Position numbers and translations under genes: made by a program
Notes under the pieces: model-generated
The model's database searches: none
Seen by the model: the letters and a program-made list of their open reading frames with translations, nothing else
What the model was told of the DNA's origin: nothing
Shown here: one piece after another, positions 13,314 through 28,300 of the stretch
How the letters are laid out: every line of letters begins with the position of its first letter
Position numbering within the stretch: position 1 is the stretch's first letter
NCBI GenBank assembly: GCA_051362555.1
Contig: CM120649.1
Location: 1,054,001-1,118,000 of the forward strand
Direction: 5' to 3'
Length of the DNA: 64,000 nucleotides
Source: Lingula anatina
Lineage: Eukaryota > Animalia > Brachiopoda

Positions 13314-16300
13314 ACAATGTCCTCCACCACATTTGATCTGTCAAAGAGGTACAAGTTGAAATAGAAACAAAAACATCTTATTATCAGCCAAAAGGTATTC
13401 AAAAGAACAAAAAAAATCTTCCTTACTTGAGAGCATATTCACTGCCGCCAGACAGAGGTCTTTCAATGGCACGTTGCCAGATATCGCGGGCAGTGAAGGG
13501 ATCGATCTTCAGAAACAGCACTAGCGTCCACAGGTCTCGAAGAGAGTTTTGGATAGGCGTGCCTGGAATTGTAAAAATTAGGAGAATTAAACATAGTTTG
13601 TTGTATGAACATCCAGATAAAGTCTGGGCTGGTTTAAACAAAAAAGAGCTTAAGTCTTTAGTTAATATTAAGACAATTTTAAACAGTCTATTTTGACTAC
13701 GTTAGCAGTACAACTCTTAAAGGTACATAGGAACCGAGCATCGTCGGAGCGTGGATTCCCAGTAACCACTTCTACTAGATTCTTATATGACTCAAATAAA
13801 TTTGGCATGCCAAGGGATAAACTGAATAGATCACTCGATCAGCCATAAAAGACCTTTAGAGTGCTCCTTTCTTTAAATTTATGGTTGTAAATTTAACCTA
13901 CTTCCGTGACCTACTTTCCTGCCCCATTGACATACAACTTAGAATGCCAGCAGAAAAATCTGTTCAAACATCATTTACGGGTAAAATTAAACAATGCCTT
14001 TTGGTAATTCTCTTAGTTATACTACTTGAAACTATATGCTGGCATTTGGTTGGTTTTTGTGACAAAAAATTGACTTTGTATGTATCTTTCAGTAAGTGTT
14101 TTGTGCCAGTCTTGAAAAAGTGTGAAAATAAAACTAAAACCATGTGTACCACCAGCGCTTACGCTGGTGGTACAATTAAATCATGATATGCTACTAACAG
14201 TCTGGTTCCCTCAGCATTGGAGTAAAATAAGGATTGAAATTTAGTTTCAAGGAACCATTCCCTGACCTGTCAAGACCTACTTCCTCTATGTCTGTAGTTC
14301 AAGAATAGCCTTGGTCATCTGTACAGTACATTAACTAACTAACTAAAAATTAAAATAAACGAGAGTATCAGAGAGGCGATAGCGCCTCAGGATATTGTAC
14401 CACCAGCTGGAGTTAGCGCATTCGAACGGAAAACCAAAAACAAACGGGAATAACTACCAGTGTTGTGTTTGACAAGCTCTTCAAAATGCAATAAACAAGA
14501 CAAGAAATATAAAAAAACAGCACAACTTTTTTAAAAATCGTCTGATCAAGCCGATTTTCAAGACAATAGGCTTGTCAGTTTTCTTTAAAATGCATTATCA
14601 GTGTTGCACATATATTGAAAGAAAAAAATAGGTCTATCTCTGCCAGTTTTGAAAATATAAGGAATAGAAAATTTGCAAAGTTCAGTACATGGTGAAAAGA
14701 AGGTCAAAGGTCAATTTAAATGTGACAGTTAGATGTCCAGCATATGACTTCCTATTCAAGTTCAAAAGTAACTATGGGTTTATCTCTGCTAGTTTTGGAG
14801 ATATAAGAGATAGAAAAATTGCAAAGTTCAGTTCATGGTGAAAAGTAGGTTGAAGGTCAATTTCAAGGTCACAGTTAGATTGCCAGTATATGACTTCCTA
14901 TTCAAGTTCAATAGTAACTATGGGTGTATCTCGGCTTCTTATGGAGTATTTCACATTTTATTTTCACCACTAAATATTGCTCAGTTGTGCTTCTTTATAT
15001 AGCGCAATTCCTTGACCGTATCGCAACCAAAAAATGGACACCACCTCCAGTAATGCACTTGACAAGCTCTACATAATGCAAAAAACAAGAGTTCTCTAGC
15101 ATTTACGGTTCCAGAATTACGGAAAGATTTCAGTTTCGGCATCTTATGGCCGTTTCTCCCATGAAAATGCACCGATTGACCCCAAACATGAAAGGAGTCC
15201 CTAATTGCATCCACTTACTATAATATGAGTGCTAAACTCTGTGTAGTTTCTGAAATTTGGCACAAATAAAAGTTTTTTTCTTTTGCAAAAAAATCCCATT
15301 TTTAGAAAATTTTGGCCTGTTTGACCTTGAAAAAAGGTCAAAGGTCAAATAAAAAGGCATATTTGAAATCCTCATATATGACTTTCGGTGAGACTTCTAT
15401 ACTAATTTTTCCCATAATTCCTTCCGTTTAGGAGATATATAGCATTGAATTTACAAAAAATTTGACAAGGGTGCATTTCATTGAGTGTCACGCCCAAGCG
15501 AATGCAGCGACTGAGACAAAAAAACCAGGGGGTTCAGGTTGAGATTATATGTGACCTAAATTCAAGAGATGGGGACACAGGTCCATGCGGTATAGGAGGA
15601 AAAGCAGTAACGGTGACTTGTATCCCACGCCACCTTGCGGAGCCGCTGGAGCTCATGGAGCCACGATACGAGTCAGGACTAAAACCATGAGTACCACCAG
15701 CGTACTCATAAACAAGGAACTGCTCCCAGACATCACCTGTCAAGACCCACTTCCTCTGTGTCTGCAAGGCGAGGATAGCCTTGGTCATCTGTGTGTTAGG
15801 ATTCCTGATGGTGTGACCTTCATCTAATACCACCCTCAACCACTTCACTTTACCCAGAATATTCTTCCCCTAGAAATATACAAATAGTTAATACCCAATT
15901 ATGGACAAAAGTACAGAAAAAAAAAAAAAAAACAAATGATCTGTAAATTTAAACACTATAATTTTTAAATCCTTCAATTGCTTCTAAACTGCAGATTTTG
16001 TGTATTTAATGTGGTGTATACATATTTCTTAATCCTTTCTTTCTTCTGTATAGTCTGTTACAAGCTTGTGTCAAGATAGTCTTATAATGTTAAGTCTTCT
16101 TTTTTTAATGTTAGTACAAAATAAAATATTTTATTACTATTAATTTAAATGCACGAAATATGCAATATTTATCAGATCAAAACTGTAATTTCTATTATCT
16201 TAGGATCAAACCTGAATTGCCACCATCACAAAATTGGAAAAGTGTCGTTTTATTATATGTTTTTCCTGAGCACTATTTCATATCTTTCTATCAGTGTTTT

Positions 16301-19300
16301 ATTTATTTATTTAGTTTAGTTTAAATCCATACCTTACTATCTGTAGTAACAGTCTGATATGTAGTCAACACAATATCTTGTTGTTGTATATTATTATATT
16401 ATTTATTTATTTTAGTTTAAATCCATACCTTACTATCTGTAGTAACAGTCTGATATGTAGTCAACACAATATCCTGTTGTTGTATATTATTATATTATTT
16501 ATTTATTTTAGTTTAAATCCATACCTATCTGTAGTAACAGTCTGATATGTAGTCAACACAATATCCTGTTGTTGTATATTATTATATTATTTATTTATTT
16601 TAGTTTAAATCCATACCTTACTATCTGTAGTAACAGTCTGATATGTAGTCAACACAATATCTTGTTGTTGTATATTATTATATTATTTATTTATTTTAGT
16701 TTAAATCCATACCTTACTATCTGTAGTAACAGTCTGATATGTAGTCAACACAATATCCTGTTGTTGTATATTATTATATTATTTATTTATTTTAGTTTAA
16801 ATCCATACCTTACTATCTGTAGTAACAGTCTGATATGTAGTCAACACAATATCCTGTTGTTGTATATTATTATATTATTTATTTATTTTAGTTTAAATCC
16901 ATACCTTACTATCTGTAGTAACAGTCTGATATGTAGTCAACACAATATCTTGTTGTTGTATATTATTATATTATATTATTTATTTTAGTTTAAATCCATA
17001 CCTTACTATCTGTAGTAACAGTCTGATATGTAGTCAACACAATATCTTGTTGTTGTATATTATTATATTATTTATTTATTTTAGTTTAAATCCATACCTT
17101 ACTATCTGTAGTAACAGTCTGATATGTAGTCAACACAATATCCTGTTGTTGTATATTATTATATTATTTATTTATTTTAGTTTAAATCCATACCTTACTA
17201 TCTGTAGTAACAGTCTGATATGTAGTCAACACAATATCCAGTTGTTGTATATTATTATATTATTTATTTATTTATTTTAGTTTAAATCCATACCTTACTA
17301 TCTGTAGTAACAGTCTGATATGTAGTCAACACAATATCTTGTTGTTGTATATTATTATATTATTTACTTATTTTAGTTGAAATCCCTACCTTACTATCTG
17401 TAGTAACAGTCTGATATGTAGTCAACACAATATCCTGTTGTTGTATATTATTATATTATATTATTTATTTTAGTTTAAATCCATACCTTACTATCTGTAG
17501 TAACAGTCTGATATGTAGTCAACACAATATCTTGTTGTTGTATATTATTATATTATATTATTTATTTTAGTTTAAATCCATATCTTACTATCTGTAGTAA
17601 CAGTCTGATATGTAGTCAACACAATATCCTGTTGTTGTATATTATTATATTATTTATTTTAGTTTAAATCCATACCTTACTATCTGTAGTAACAGTCTGA
17701 TATGTAGTCAACACAATATCCTGTTGTTGTATATTATTATATTATTTTAGTTTAAATCCATACCTTACTATCTGTAGTAACAGTCTGATATGTAGTCAAC
17801 ACAATATCGTTGTTGTATATTATTATATTATATTATATTATTTTAATTTAAATCCATACCTTACTATCTGTAGTAACAGTCTGATATGTAGTCAACACAA
17901 TATCTTGTTGTTGTATATTATTATATTATATTATTTATTTTAGTTTAAATCCATACCTTACTATCTGTAGTAACAGTCTGATATGTAGTCAACACAATAT
18001 CCTGTTGTTGTATATTATTATATTATTTATTTATTTTAGTTTAAATCCATACCTTACTATCTGTAGTAACAGTCTGATATGTAGTCAACACAATATCTTG
18101 TTGTTGTATATTATTATATTATATTATTTATTTTAGTTTAAATCCATATCTTACTATCTGTAGTAACAGTCTGATATGTAGTCAACACAATATCCTGTTG
18201 TTGTATATTATTATATTATTTATTTTAGTTTAAATCCATACCTTACTATCTGTAGTAACAGTCTGATATGTAGTCAACACAATATCCTGTTGTTGTATAT
18301 TATTATATTATTTATTTATTTTACTTTAAATCCATACCTTACTATCTGTAGTAACAGTCTGATATGTAGTCAACACAATATCTTGTTGTTGTATATTATT
18401 ATATTATATTATTTATTTTAGTTTAAATCCATACCTTACTATCTGTAGTAACAGTCTGATATGTAGTCAACACAATATCTTGTTGTTGTATATTATTATA
18501 TTATATTATTTATTTTAGTTTAAATCCATACCTTACTATCTGTAGTAACAGTCTGATATGTAGTCAACACAATATCCTGTTGTTGTATATTATTATATTA
18601 TTTATTTATTTTAGTTTAAATCCATACCTTACTATCTGTAGTAACAGTCTGATATGTAGTCAACACAATATCTTGTTGTTGTATATTATTATATTATATT
18701 ATTTATTTTAGTTTAAATCCATATCTTACTATCTGTAGTAACAGTCTGATATGTAGTCAACACAATATCCTGTTGTTGTATATTATTATATTATTTATTT
18801 TAGTTTAAATCCATACCTTACTATCTGTAGTAACAGTCTGATATGTAGTCAACACAATATCCTGTTGTTGTATATTATTATATTATTTATTTATTTTAGT
18901 TTAAATCCATACCTTACTATCTGTAGTAACAGTCTGATATGTAGTCAACACAATATCTTGTTGTTGTATATTATTATATTATATTATTTATTTTAGTTTA
19001 AATCCATATCTTACTATCTGTAGTAACAGTCTGATATGTAGTCAACACAATATCCTGTTGTTGTATATTATTATATTATTTATTTATTTATTTTAGTTTA
19101 AATCCATACCTTACTATCTGTAGTAACAGTCTGATATGTAGTCAACACAATATCCTGTTGTTGTATATTATTATATTATTTATTTATTTTAGTTTAAATC
19201 CATACCTTACTATCTGTAGTAACAGTCTGATATGTAGTCAACACAATATCCTGTTGTTGTATATTATTATATTATTTATTTATTTTAGTTTAAATCCATA

Positions 19301-22300
19301 CCTTACTATCTGTAGTAACAGTCTGATATGTAGTCAACACAATATCTTGTTGTTGTATATTATTATATTATTTATTTATTTATTTTAGTTTAAATCCATA
19401 CCTTACTATCTGTAGTAACAGTCTGATATGTAGTCAACACAATATCTTGTTGTTGTATATTATTATATTATTTATTTACTTTAGTTTAAATCCATACCTT
19501 ACTATCTGTAGTAACAGTCTGATATGTAGTCAACACAATATCCTGTTGTTGTATATTATTATATTATTTATTTATTTTAGTTTAAATCCATACCTTACTA
19601 TCTGTAGTAACAGTCTGATATGTAGTCAACACAATATCCTGTTGTTGTATATTATTATATTATTTATTTATTTTAGTTTAAATCCATACCTTACTATCTG
19701 TAGTAACAGTCTGATATGTAGTCAACACAATATCCTGTTGTTGTATATTATTATATTATTTATTTATTTTAGTTTAAATCCATACCTTACTATCTGTAGT
19801 AACAGTCTGATATGTAGTCAACACAATATCCTGTTGTTGTATATTATTATATTATTTATTTATTTTAGTTTAAATCCATACCTTACTATCTGTAGTAACA
19901 GTCTGATATGTAGTCAACACAATATCTTGTTGTTGTAGAACTTGAGCACTCTTACATCTAGAAGGTCCATAGAATACATTGATGGCAAGATGGACTCTCT
20001 CATCTACGTGGTCTTCTAGTTGGTCCTAAAGTATAAAATAGACAAATGTTTGGTGAGAAATATCTGTCTGCTGAAGAAAGTAAACACACAAAATGAGTGT
20101 AAGAACTCAAAAGGATAATAACTGTTCGTTTTGGCCAAAAAATAAATTTTCCTGGACTAAACAACAATTTTCCCATGCCAATTGTTACTGAATCCATTTC
20201 TACATTTAAAGTCAGTCCCTGATTTTTTACTAAAAGGTTTTTTTTTTGTAATAATCTCTTAAGATTGAAGTACTTAAGATTAAGAGATTATTACAGATTA
20301 TGACCATCTAGGTCACGTGGTCTGATGACAAGCTCAGATATCAGAATAATAGCTATAACTGCCATTTCTGTGAATTATTTACGTTTTTATAATTACACTA
20401 TATCTAGTGAACAATGTTTTTTCCCTGTTCCATTTTGATGCAATTTTACATAAAACTCAACAGCGAAATCACCAACAAATTTTCATTTATAGTACTGGTA
20501 ATATGGACATACAGAATATGGATAATGTGTGTGTGTGTGTGTGGGGGGGGGGGGGGGGTAATAATTACTTGATCACTTTACTAGAAATCAGTCCAATAAT
20601 AGTATTACTCCTCCAGAGTAAGATCAATTTTGATCTTAAAAGCAGAATAAGTCCCTGTTAAGACCATTTCTATTACAGTTAAGGCCACTTAAAATCATTT
20701 GTGATCTGAAATTATGGATTCAGACCATTTCAGGCACACCATGACAGCGCACCTAGAGATGGGGTGAGTTGGGTTTAAAGTTCAAGTAGTGACTTCACAA
20801 AATAACGAGCAAGCCCTACCATACCTGTGTCTTCACTGCAAGATATCTACACTGTAGTTACAGCTCTCACTGAATCCATCAACCTGAACTGACTACCTAC
20901 TCCAGAGCCTAACATCTTCACTGGTGAAAATAAAACTAAACACATTCTTAATTCATAATACATAGTGAAATGCAAAAACAAACTGCTGTGGGCTCACACG
21001 AGATGGCAACTGGGTCACTGATAAGATAACTGTTATAACTCTACTGAACACACATTCATAGTTCATTCTCTCCCACCAGTTTACTGCTGAAAAGAGATAA
21101 CTGCTCTACATAGAACAGTTCGGTACAAGCCCCCAAGATGGCTACAGCTCGCGATGACAGAGATGAAGAAGAAAGCCTACGAGCCAAAATAACTGAAAAT
21201 TTTGTCAGCTGTCCATTATGCCTTGAGGAGTACAAAGATCCGACAGATTTACCATGTAGGCATACATTTTGTAAGTGTTGTCTGAAAGACTATACTCCTG
21301 ACTTAACACCAGGAAGTAAATTCAGATGTCCTGTGTGTCAGAAAGAGACTGAAGTTCCTAAAGATGGACTTGAGGGCTTCACTCACAATTTCTACATTGA
21401 AAGCTTGCAGGACACTGTACTTCAGTCAACACATAAGAAAAAGTGCAGCTCTTGTGTTTTGTTGTCCCAAACTGAAACAGTGGCAACTTCAAAATGCATC
21501 ACCTGTCATGACTACCTATGTGACAAATGTTCTCCATTCCACTGTGGTAGCAGACTCACTAAAGATCACAGGGTACTCACTTTTCAACAACTTCACAGTA
21601 GTGAGTATCAAAAAGTAATCCAAGAACAGCAAAAGATTATCTGCCCAGAGCACAAAGGTGAGATGATACGATACTTTTGTTCACATTGCAATGTCCCCAT
21701 TTGTCGTGACTGCAAAGATCTACACCATGATGGCCACAAACTTATCTCACTTGAAAAAGCTGCAGAGATGGTAAAACCACAACTTCAAGTCAAATTCTGT
21801 GGCATGGAGAAAAAATTTGAAAAGGGTGAGAAAACAATAGATATAATTGATGAAATATTGACAACCCTCCAAGAAAATGAAACCTTAGTTCAGCAGAAGA
21901 TCAAAACTCGTGCAGCTCATCTACGTCAACTGGTAGATCAACGAGAGAAAACCTTACTACAGGAGCTTCACCAAACCACCAGCACTCTCAGAAATAATTT
22001 ACAAATTTCCCGCAAAAACTACAGTGCCACTTGCTCCTCTATCAAAACCACAACAGATGTAGTAAAGAACATCCTTCAACATGGTGCCCCCATAGATGTC
22101 CTCATGTTACAACACCAACTTGGACAGAGACTAGATGAGCTACAGTCCACTTCAGCTGTGGATGATATTCCAGAGGAACTAAAACTCACACTCACCACCA
22201 ACACAGAAGTGGACCAAGAGATATCCAGTGGGGCTGGCCTGGGGGATGTGCAGATATCTAGACAGTCAGCTTTGCCCAAGTTCAAACCACAGGCTGAATG

Positions 22301-25300
22301 TATGCTGGAGTTTGACACTGGCTGTGGGTTGACAGTGGACATTTCAGTGAGTCCATACAGGGAGTATGTTACTACCCATGGCCAGAGGAACAAGGTGAAG
22401 GTTTTTAGTTCAGATGGTACATCAAGGCAAGAGATCACACGTGTCTCAGACACACAGTTGAAATGTACAGTAGGAATCTGTCACTCTCCTGACGGAAGGA
22501 TGATTCTATCTGGTATGATCAATAACAAACTGTTCATCCTGTCACCACAGTGGGAAGTACAGCAAACTGTAGATGTCAACAACCCATGTGGTGTGGCTCT
22601 CAATAATAGCTGCACTAAGATTGCTGTGGCACAGGGTGGTGAAAAGTCTGTGAGTGTGTTCAGTATTGATATAAAAGGGAAAATAACTTTAACTGATGTG
22701 ATAAAGGACAAAGATGGGAAACAGTTGTTCAATGAACCATATAAAGTAGCATATATGAGCAATGGGTGCCTTGTTGTTAGTGATATATCACAAAAGAAAC
22801 TTCACATCCTAACCCCATCTGGTGACCCACTGTATCAGTACACAGGACCTGATAACAAGTTAGGTCGTCCCTTTGGTGTTTGTGTTGATGCATATGACAA
22901 CATACTGGTTACAGACTGTAATAACCACTGCATACACCTTGTATCCCCAGATGGGAAGTTCATCAAGTACATAGCAACCCAAGCTGATGGACTAGCTAAT
23001 CCACTGGGATGTACCATCAACCAGGATAGAGATGTGGTTGTGACTCAAGGGAATGGGAAAGTGAAAGTATTCCAATACTTAGAAAAATGACATCCTTTAC
23101 AATGATAAGAGACTGAACAATATGTACTTTTCTGACATATCTCAATGATGTAGTATACAAGATGACAAAGCATCCAAATGTAAAGATACAAAGCAAACAA
23201 GACAGCAAAGCTGTCAAATGTACTGACAAAAAGCAGAAAAGAATAATGGACAGAATAGGATATGGTCCATTCTGGTGCAATAATATGTTACACTTAACTG
23301 TAAAATCAACATCATAATTTAATTATGCCCAACGGATAATACCAATTAAAGAATAAGCATGGGTTGTTTCCCTGGTACTTATTAATGAATAGATTTTCTT
23401 TTATTTCCCTTTCCGTTTGGGTTGAATAGATAAAAGCATTGGTAAAAGTAACAATTAAACACTCATTGTTAAAGACGTCACATTTAAGCCTTTATGACAT
23501 CACCTAGTAACAAATAAACAAAACCCCCTGAAGAAAGAAAGAAACCGGTCGGGGCAAGAAAGTTGAAAGAAAGTTTATTATATATATATATATATATATA
23601 TAGTAAATTTTAATTAGTTATTTGTCTATGCCATATTGTTTGTTTAAATGTCATGTTAAAGAATTATATAGATTAAGTATTTTTTAAGAACTTTTATACG
23701 TTTGTTACACTACTAAACAATGTTTACAAATGTAGTTAATTATAAATTTATTGTTAAGAACTTAATGAACTAATTAATGTAATAACTAGCACGTTCTTAT
23801 AATTTATCTATATATCTTTGCATGCATCTTGATCTGTATGTCTATACATATAAATTCTATTATTTTTTGTTTGTTTGCAACAGGAATCATAAAAAATGTT
23901 AATGAAATGGGAAGTAAGTATTATTATAGTAACTATCCTTGGTCAATAACATAATATATATTAAAGGGTTTAATTTAACATTATCAACTTAAAATGCTTA
24001 AGTTTTACTAATAAAATGAGAAGAGTCTAACTGATAGTTTTATTGTATGATAGGGATATATAGGTAAACAAATTATAAACATCTGTTTTAGTAAAATATA
24101 TTTTGTTGCTTCATACAACATATAAATGATTATTTGTGCCTAATTTTTGACTGAATGGCAATTTATATATGTATGCTTAAACATATTAAATGGATTCATA
24201 AATTTGTACTTTAAAATAAGGTAATGATTACAAGATGGATGTAATCACATTTGATTAACCATTATTAATATTTTCAGATAGATGTATTTAAAGGACAGAA
24301 AGAGTATTAATTGTAAATTACTAGCCAGTTAATTCACAAATATATCATTTTAAATTCTAGTTATATTTACTGGAAGGAAGGAATATTATGTAATTTGACT
24401 TTATATTTCATTAATCAATTATTTTTCTTTACATATACCTGTAATGAGTACTTTCATATAAACAGAATATGAAATGATCAAACTAGAAAATCACAAACAT
24501 CCGCCAAGGCAGGAGTTTTTCGATTATTATTGATTATTGATATATTATTGATCCTGATCACCACCAAAAACTAATAATCTGTTTCTTGGCCCACTTCTAA
24601 CAGTTCCTGAAAATTTTATTAAAATCAGTCCATAACTTTTTGAATTATGTTGATGACAAACAAACAGACAAACAGGTGAAAACATTACATGTACCTCCTT
24701 GCTGGAGGTAATAACTCATCTTTGGGTAAATTTAATTAAGCATGATTTAAATAAAATGGTTTTAACTTTTGTGTTATAGAATTTATTTGGTAATAGATTA
24801 TTAAATTTTATTTGTGAAAGGTTTGAGGCTCAAAACTTATTTCAGCAGGAGATTAATTATGATAAGGTTTATTTCAGTTCAAAGCTGAGTGACTGTGGAA
24901 GTATTTTATTCACACGTACTTGAATGAAGTCAAAAGTGATGTGTTGGCATTCATTAGGTGTGTGTGAAAGTTATCTTGAGTTTCTCAGTGGAAAGTTATT
25001 TTAACTACCATCATGTAATAAATATGATTGAAATTGAATAAAGCAACCTTTTTGATTTTGAAAATGAGACAGCAGTTCTGTTGTTTTTGACACCGGCATC
25101 GCTCGGTGAAAGTACACAGCAACAACAGATGCAGGTGACAGCTATATGTGCAGACACAACTGTGTCTGTACATAAAAAAGGTAATCTTGACACATTCCTG
25201 TTACCTCAACTTAAACCATATCCAAATCTTTCACTGATGAGAAAATTACAACCTATAAATTATTTTTTCATTAATAAAATTCGAGTCGTTTAAATGATGG

Positions 25301-28300
25301 AGATTGGGACCACTGAATTTCTTAAATAATGTTTAAGAAAGCACTTACAATCCAGTTGCTGAGCACAGACAGAGGACAGACAATTAGAGTTGTTCTTGGG
25401 CCAACACAATTAGTGCGACCATCACTACTGAGGTTGTTGGCACCTGTAATAGTAAATATCATTTACAATAAGCTAAAAACTTATCTGTAACAGATTTGAA
25501 GCATTCCTTACATTAGGCTAAAAACTTATCTGTAACAGATTTTAAGCATTCCTTACATAAGGCTAAAAAAATTTAAAGGCGTACAATGCAGATAAAACAA
25601 TTATATTATAGCACAGACTGCTTAAACAGCTTAGATGTCTGGCACACCTACTGAAACTGCTAAACAAAAGTTAATTACCCCCTAGCAGTTTCATCTAAGC
25701 TGCTTAAGCTGAAAGCAATTTAGCAAGGAACCCCTCAGAGATAGATCAATCCATAGTTAGTACAACAGGGTCTGGGAATGGTCCCATATTGTCACTTACC
25801 TGGACTTTTATTTTGAATGTTCTCTTTCACGTCCACATCTGGTAGAGAATCTTCATCAATCACTGAAAGTAACATTTGAACATATGTCTTAAAACTATTC
25901 ACCATGTCAAAATTCAACACCCAGTTTAACAGATGACAATCAAGCCAGGACATTTATCATATCAAAACAGAACAATAAGGCCACTTTCTCTGTCCAATAT
26001 TTCATTTTTATTCTTTTTAAAGGGGGTGGGTGGGTTTTTCATTGACCATCAATTACCTATGGGAGCAGACACTGTGCCTTTCCTCTTCTTACCACTGGAG
26101 ACGTCAGCATCAAGATCTGGCAACTCAAGACTTGGCAGGGGTGGTAAATTTGGCAAAGGATGGACTGAAATAATGCACATATCATATAAGTAAAGCATTA
26201 TATATAGGATACATAAGTAGATCAAGCACTCAACAAGGTGGAAATGCACTTACATTCAATTTGGCTTTAAAAGAGTGGTTCTTACAACTTGGTTCATTCT
26301 ATTCTATACTCTACAATCAGCGATGAGCAGCTTTGGCTCCAAAAAAAGTCCAAAATCTGCCAGAAAACTCTCATTACCGTTGTAAGCACCCAAACCAACC
26401 GAAAAAGTCAATAACCCGCTGATAGTTTAAAAAATCTCATCCCTCTACCATACCTTTGGCACCAGGTATAAAAGGGGCACTCTTCCTCTTCCGTGACTTC
26501 TTCAAGCTGAATTCCTGCTTCACTAAGGGAGAGTTACGTGGTTTTTCCTCCTTCAGGGGGTGTGGGGATGTGGCAACTTCAGTCTCCATTCCAACACATG
26601 GGGGCACAGGAGATTCTGGTATGGCTGGTTCTGTCTTTGGCCACTTGGACTGGTCAGTTACATTGGTGGTGTGTCCACTGGACATCTCCACAGGACCTGT
26701 ACCATGCTTAATAAGTCTGGATTTGTCACCTGTGATTGTTTTGGACACACTGGACAACTGAGGCAGTGGCTGTGGTTGACCAGAAGCAATTTTCTCTGGA
26801 CGCCAGCTTGGCAGGATGGTTCTCTTGAAGGTGGTGTTGGTCAGCTGGAGGTCTGTGGACACACCTGGCTGGTTCTGGACAATGGTACCTTGACCGTTAA
26901 TGACAGGAGTGGAGTGTGTGGCCAGAGGGGCCTCGGATCTCACCCTCATATTCTCCAGTCTCACTGTTAATATAGGACCTCTGCCCTGGTGTCCAACAGG
27001 CACCAGATTCTGAGATATTACATCTGGTTTATGAACTTGTTTATTTTTCTCAGATGATGAGTCTGCCTGGCCCAGAATGGTACCGTGTTGTGGTGGTACC
27101 TTGCACTGGACATTTACTGTCAATTTTTCTGGGTCTTGGCACTCTGAATTACCATCCAAGACAGTGGTTGACTTCCTCCCACACTTGGCTACAAGAGAAT
27201 TGAAATATATTTATAAAATTGCTCAAGTTGGAGTATAATTTAGCCTAAAAAAAAAACAGTGTAAACATGTATGTTTTATTAAATGCTTTAAAATATACTG
27301 AAAGTCATTCACTATTTCACCATTGTTCTTTTCCTGACAAGTAGAAAACTTGTATGTTCCCCCAAGTTTACCTGACTTGGTAAGTATCTGACAGTGATTG
27401 TCCTTTTGTTCCACCCCTGAGTCAGTCTGGTGAAGTAGTTTCCTTATATAAGCTGTCACAAATATCTCTTCTTCATCATATCTGGCAGGCTTCTTGACGT
27501 TCAACATGAATTACATAATATTTTGTCTTTAAAATGTTTAACAAAGGAACAATTGGGTGTCATATTACTTGAAATAGAGATAATTACTGAACAAAATGTT
27601 AACCTGTAATTAAGTTTTAAAGTACAACTTGTTTCATACACATTTGCACACAATGATTACATATTTGAGTTATGCATGCAATGTACAAATTCAAATAAAC
27701 AAACAAATATATGTAATTAAAATTCAAACAATATATAAATAATTAAAATCACCTCTTGGGTCTGCTCCTGACATTATGGAATGGTGGTTTAGGTGTTGGT
27801 GCAGACTTGAATCTTCCCCTTCTCCTGGACAGCAGGCTATGTAGAGCTGACTTCCTGGACAGCAGGCTATGTAGAGCTGACTTCCTGGACAGCAGGCTAT
27901 GTAGAGCTGACTTCCTGGACAGCAGGCTATATAGAGCGGACTTCCTGCACTATTGGTCTAAGAGTTTTTACCACTCAGTAGGATGTTCAAAATTTAAGAA
28001 ATTATGACTTAAAAAATACAGTATCTGTAAAATTTACATTTTATCCCCATTGAAAAGATTATGTAATTACTGTATACAGAGGTGGTAAAGTGTTGTTAAA
28101 TTTTCCAGGAAATTTAACTTCTTGATGTAAGTGAAATGCACTTAATATCATGATCATGAAGCCAAAAAAGTACACAAGCTGTTCAAAATACTTTAATACA
28201 TTTCTAAAGTTCTTGTACAATGTTACTTTTCAAGTTTGGTACAAATCTCTTGTAAACAAAATGACCTAAATTTCCATTAACAAAGTCGAATTAGAAAAAC

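Noticed and set aside
16300-19936. CRISPR-like look and plus-strand ORFs ([23 protein letters not shown]..)
   Set aside because: No unique spacers or cas genes, and the context is eukaryotic; the ORFs are by-products of a 96-bp unit antisense to HLTF.
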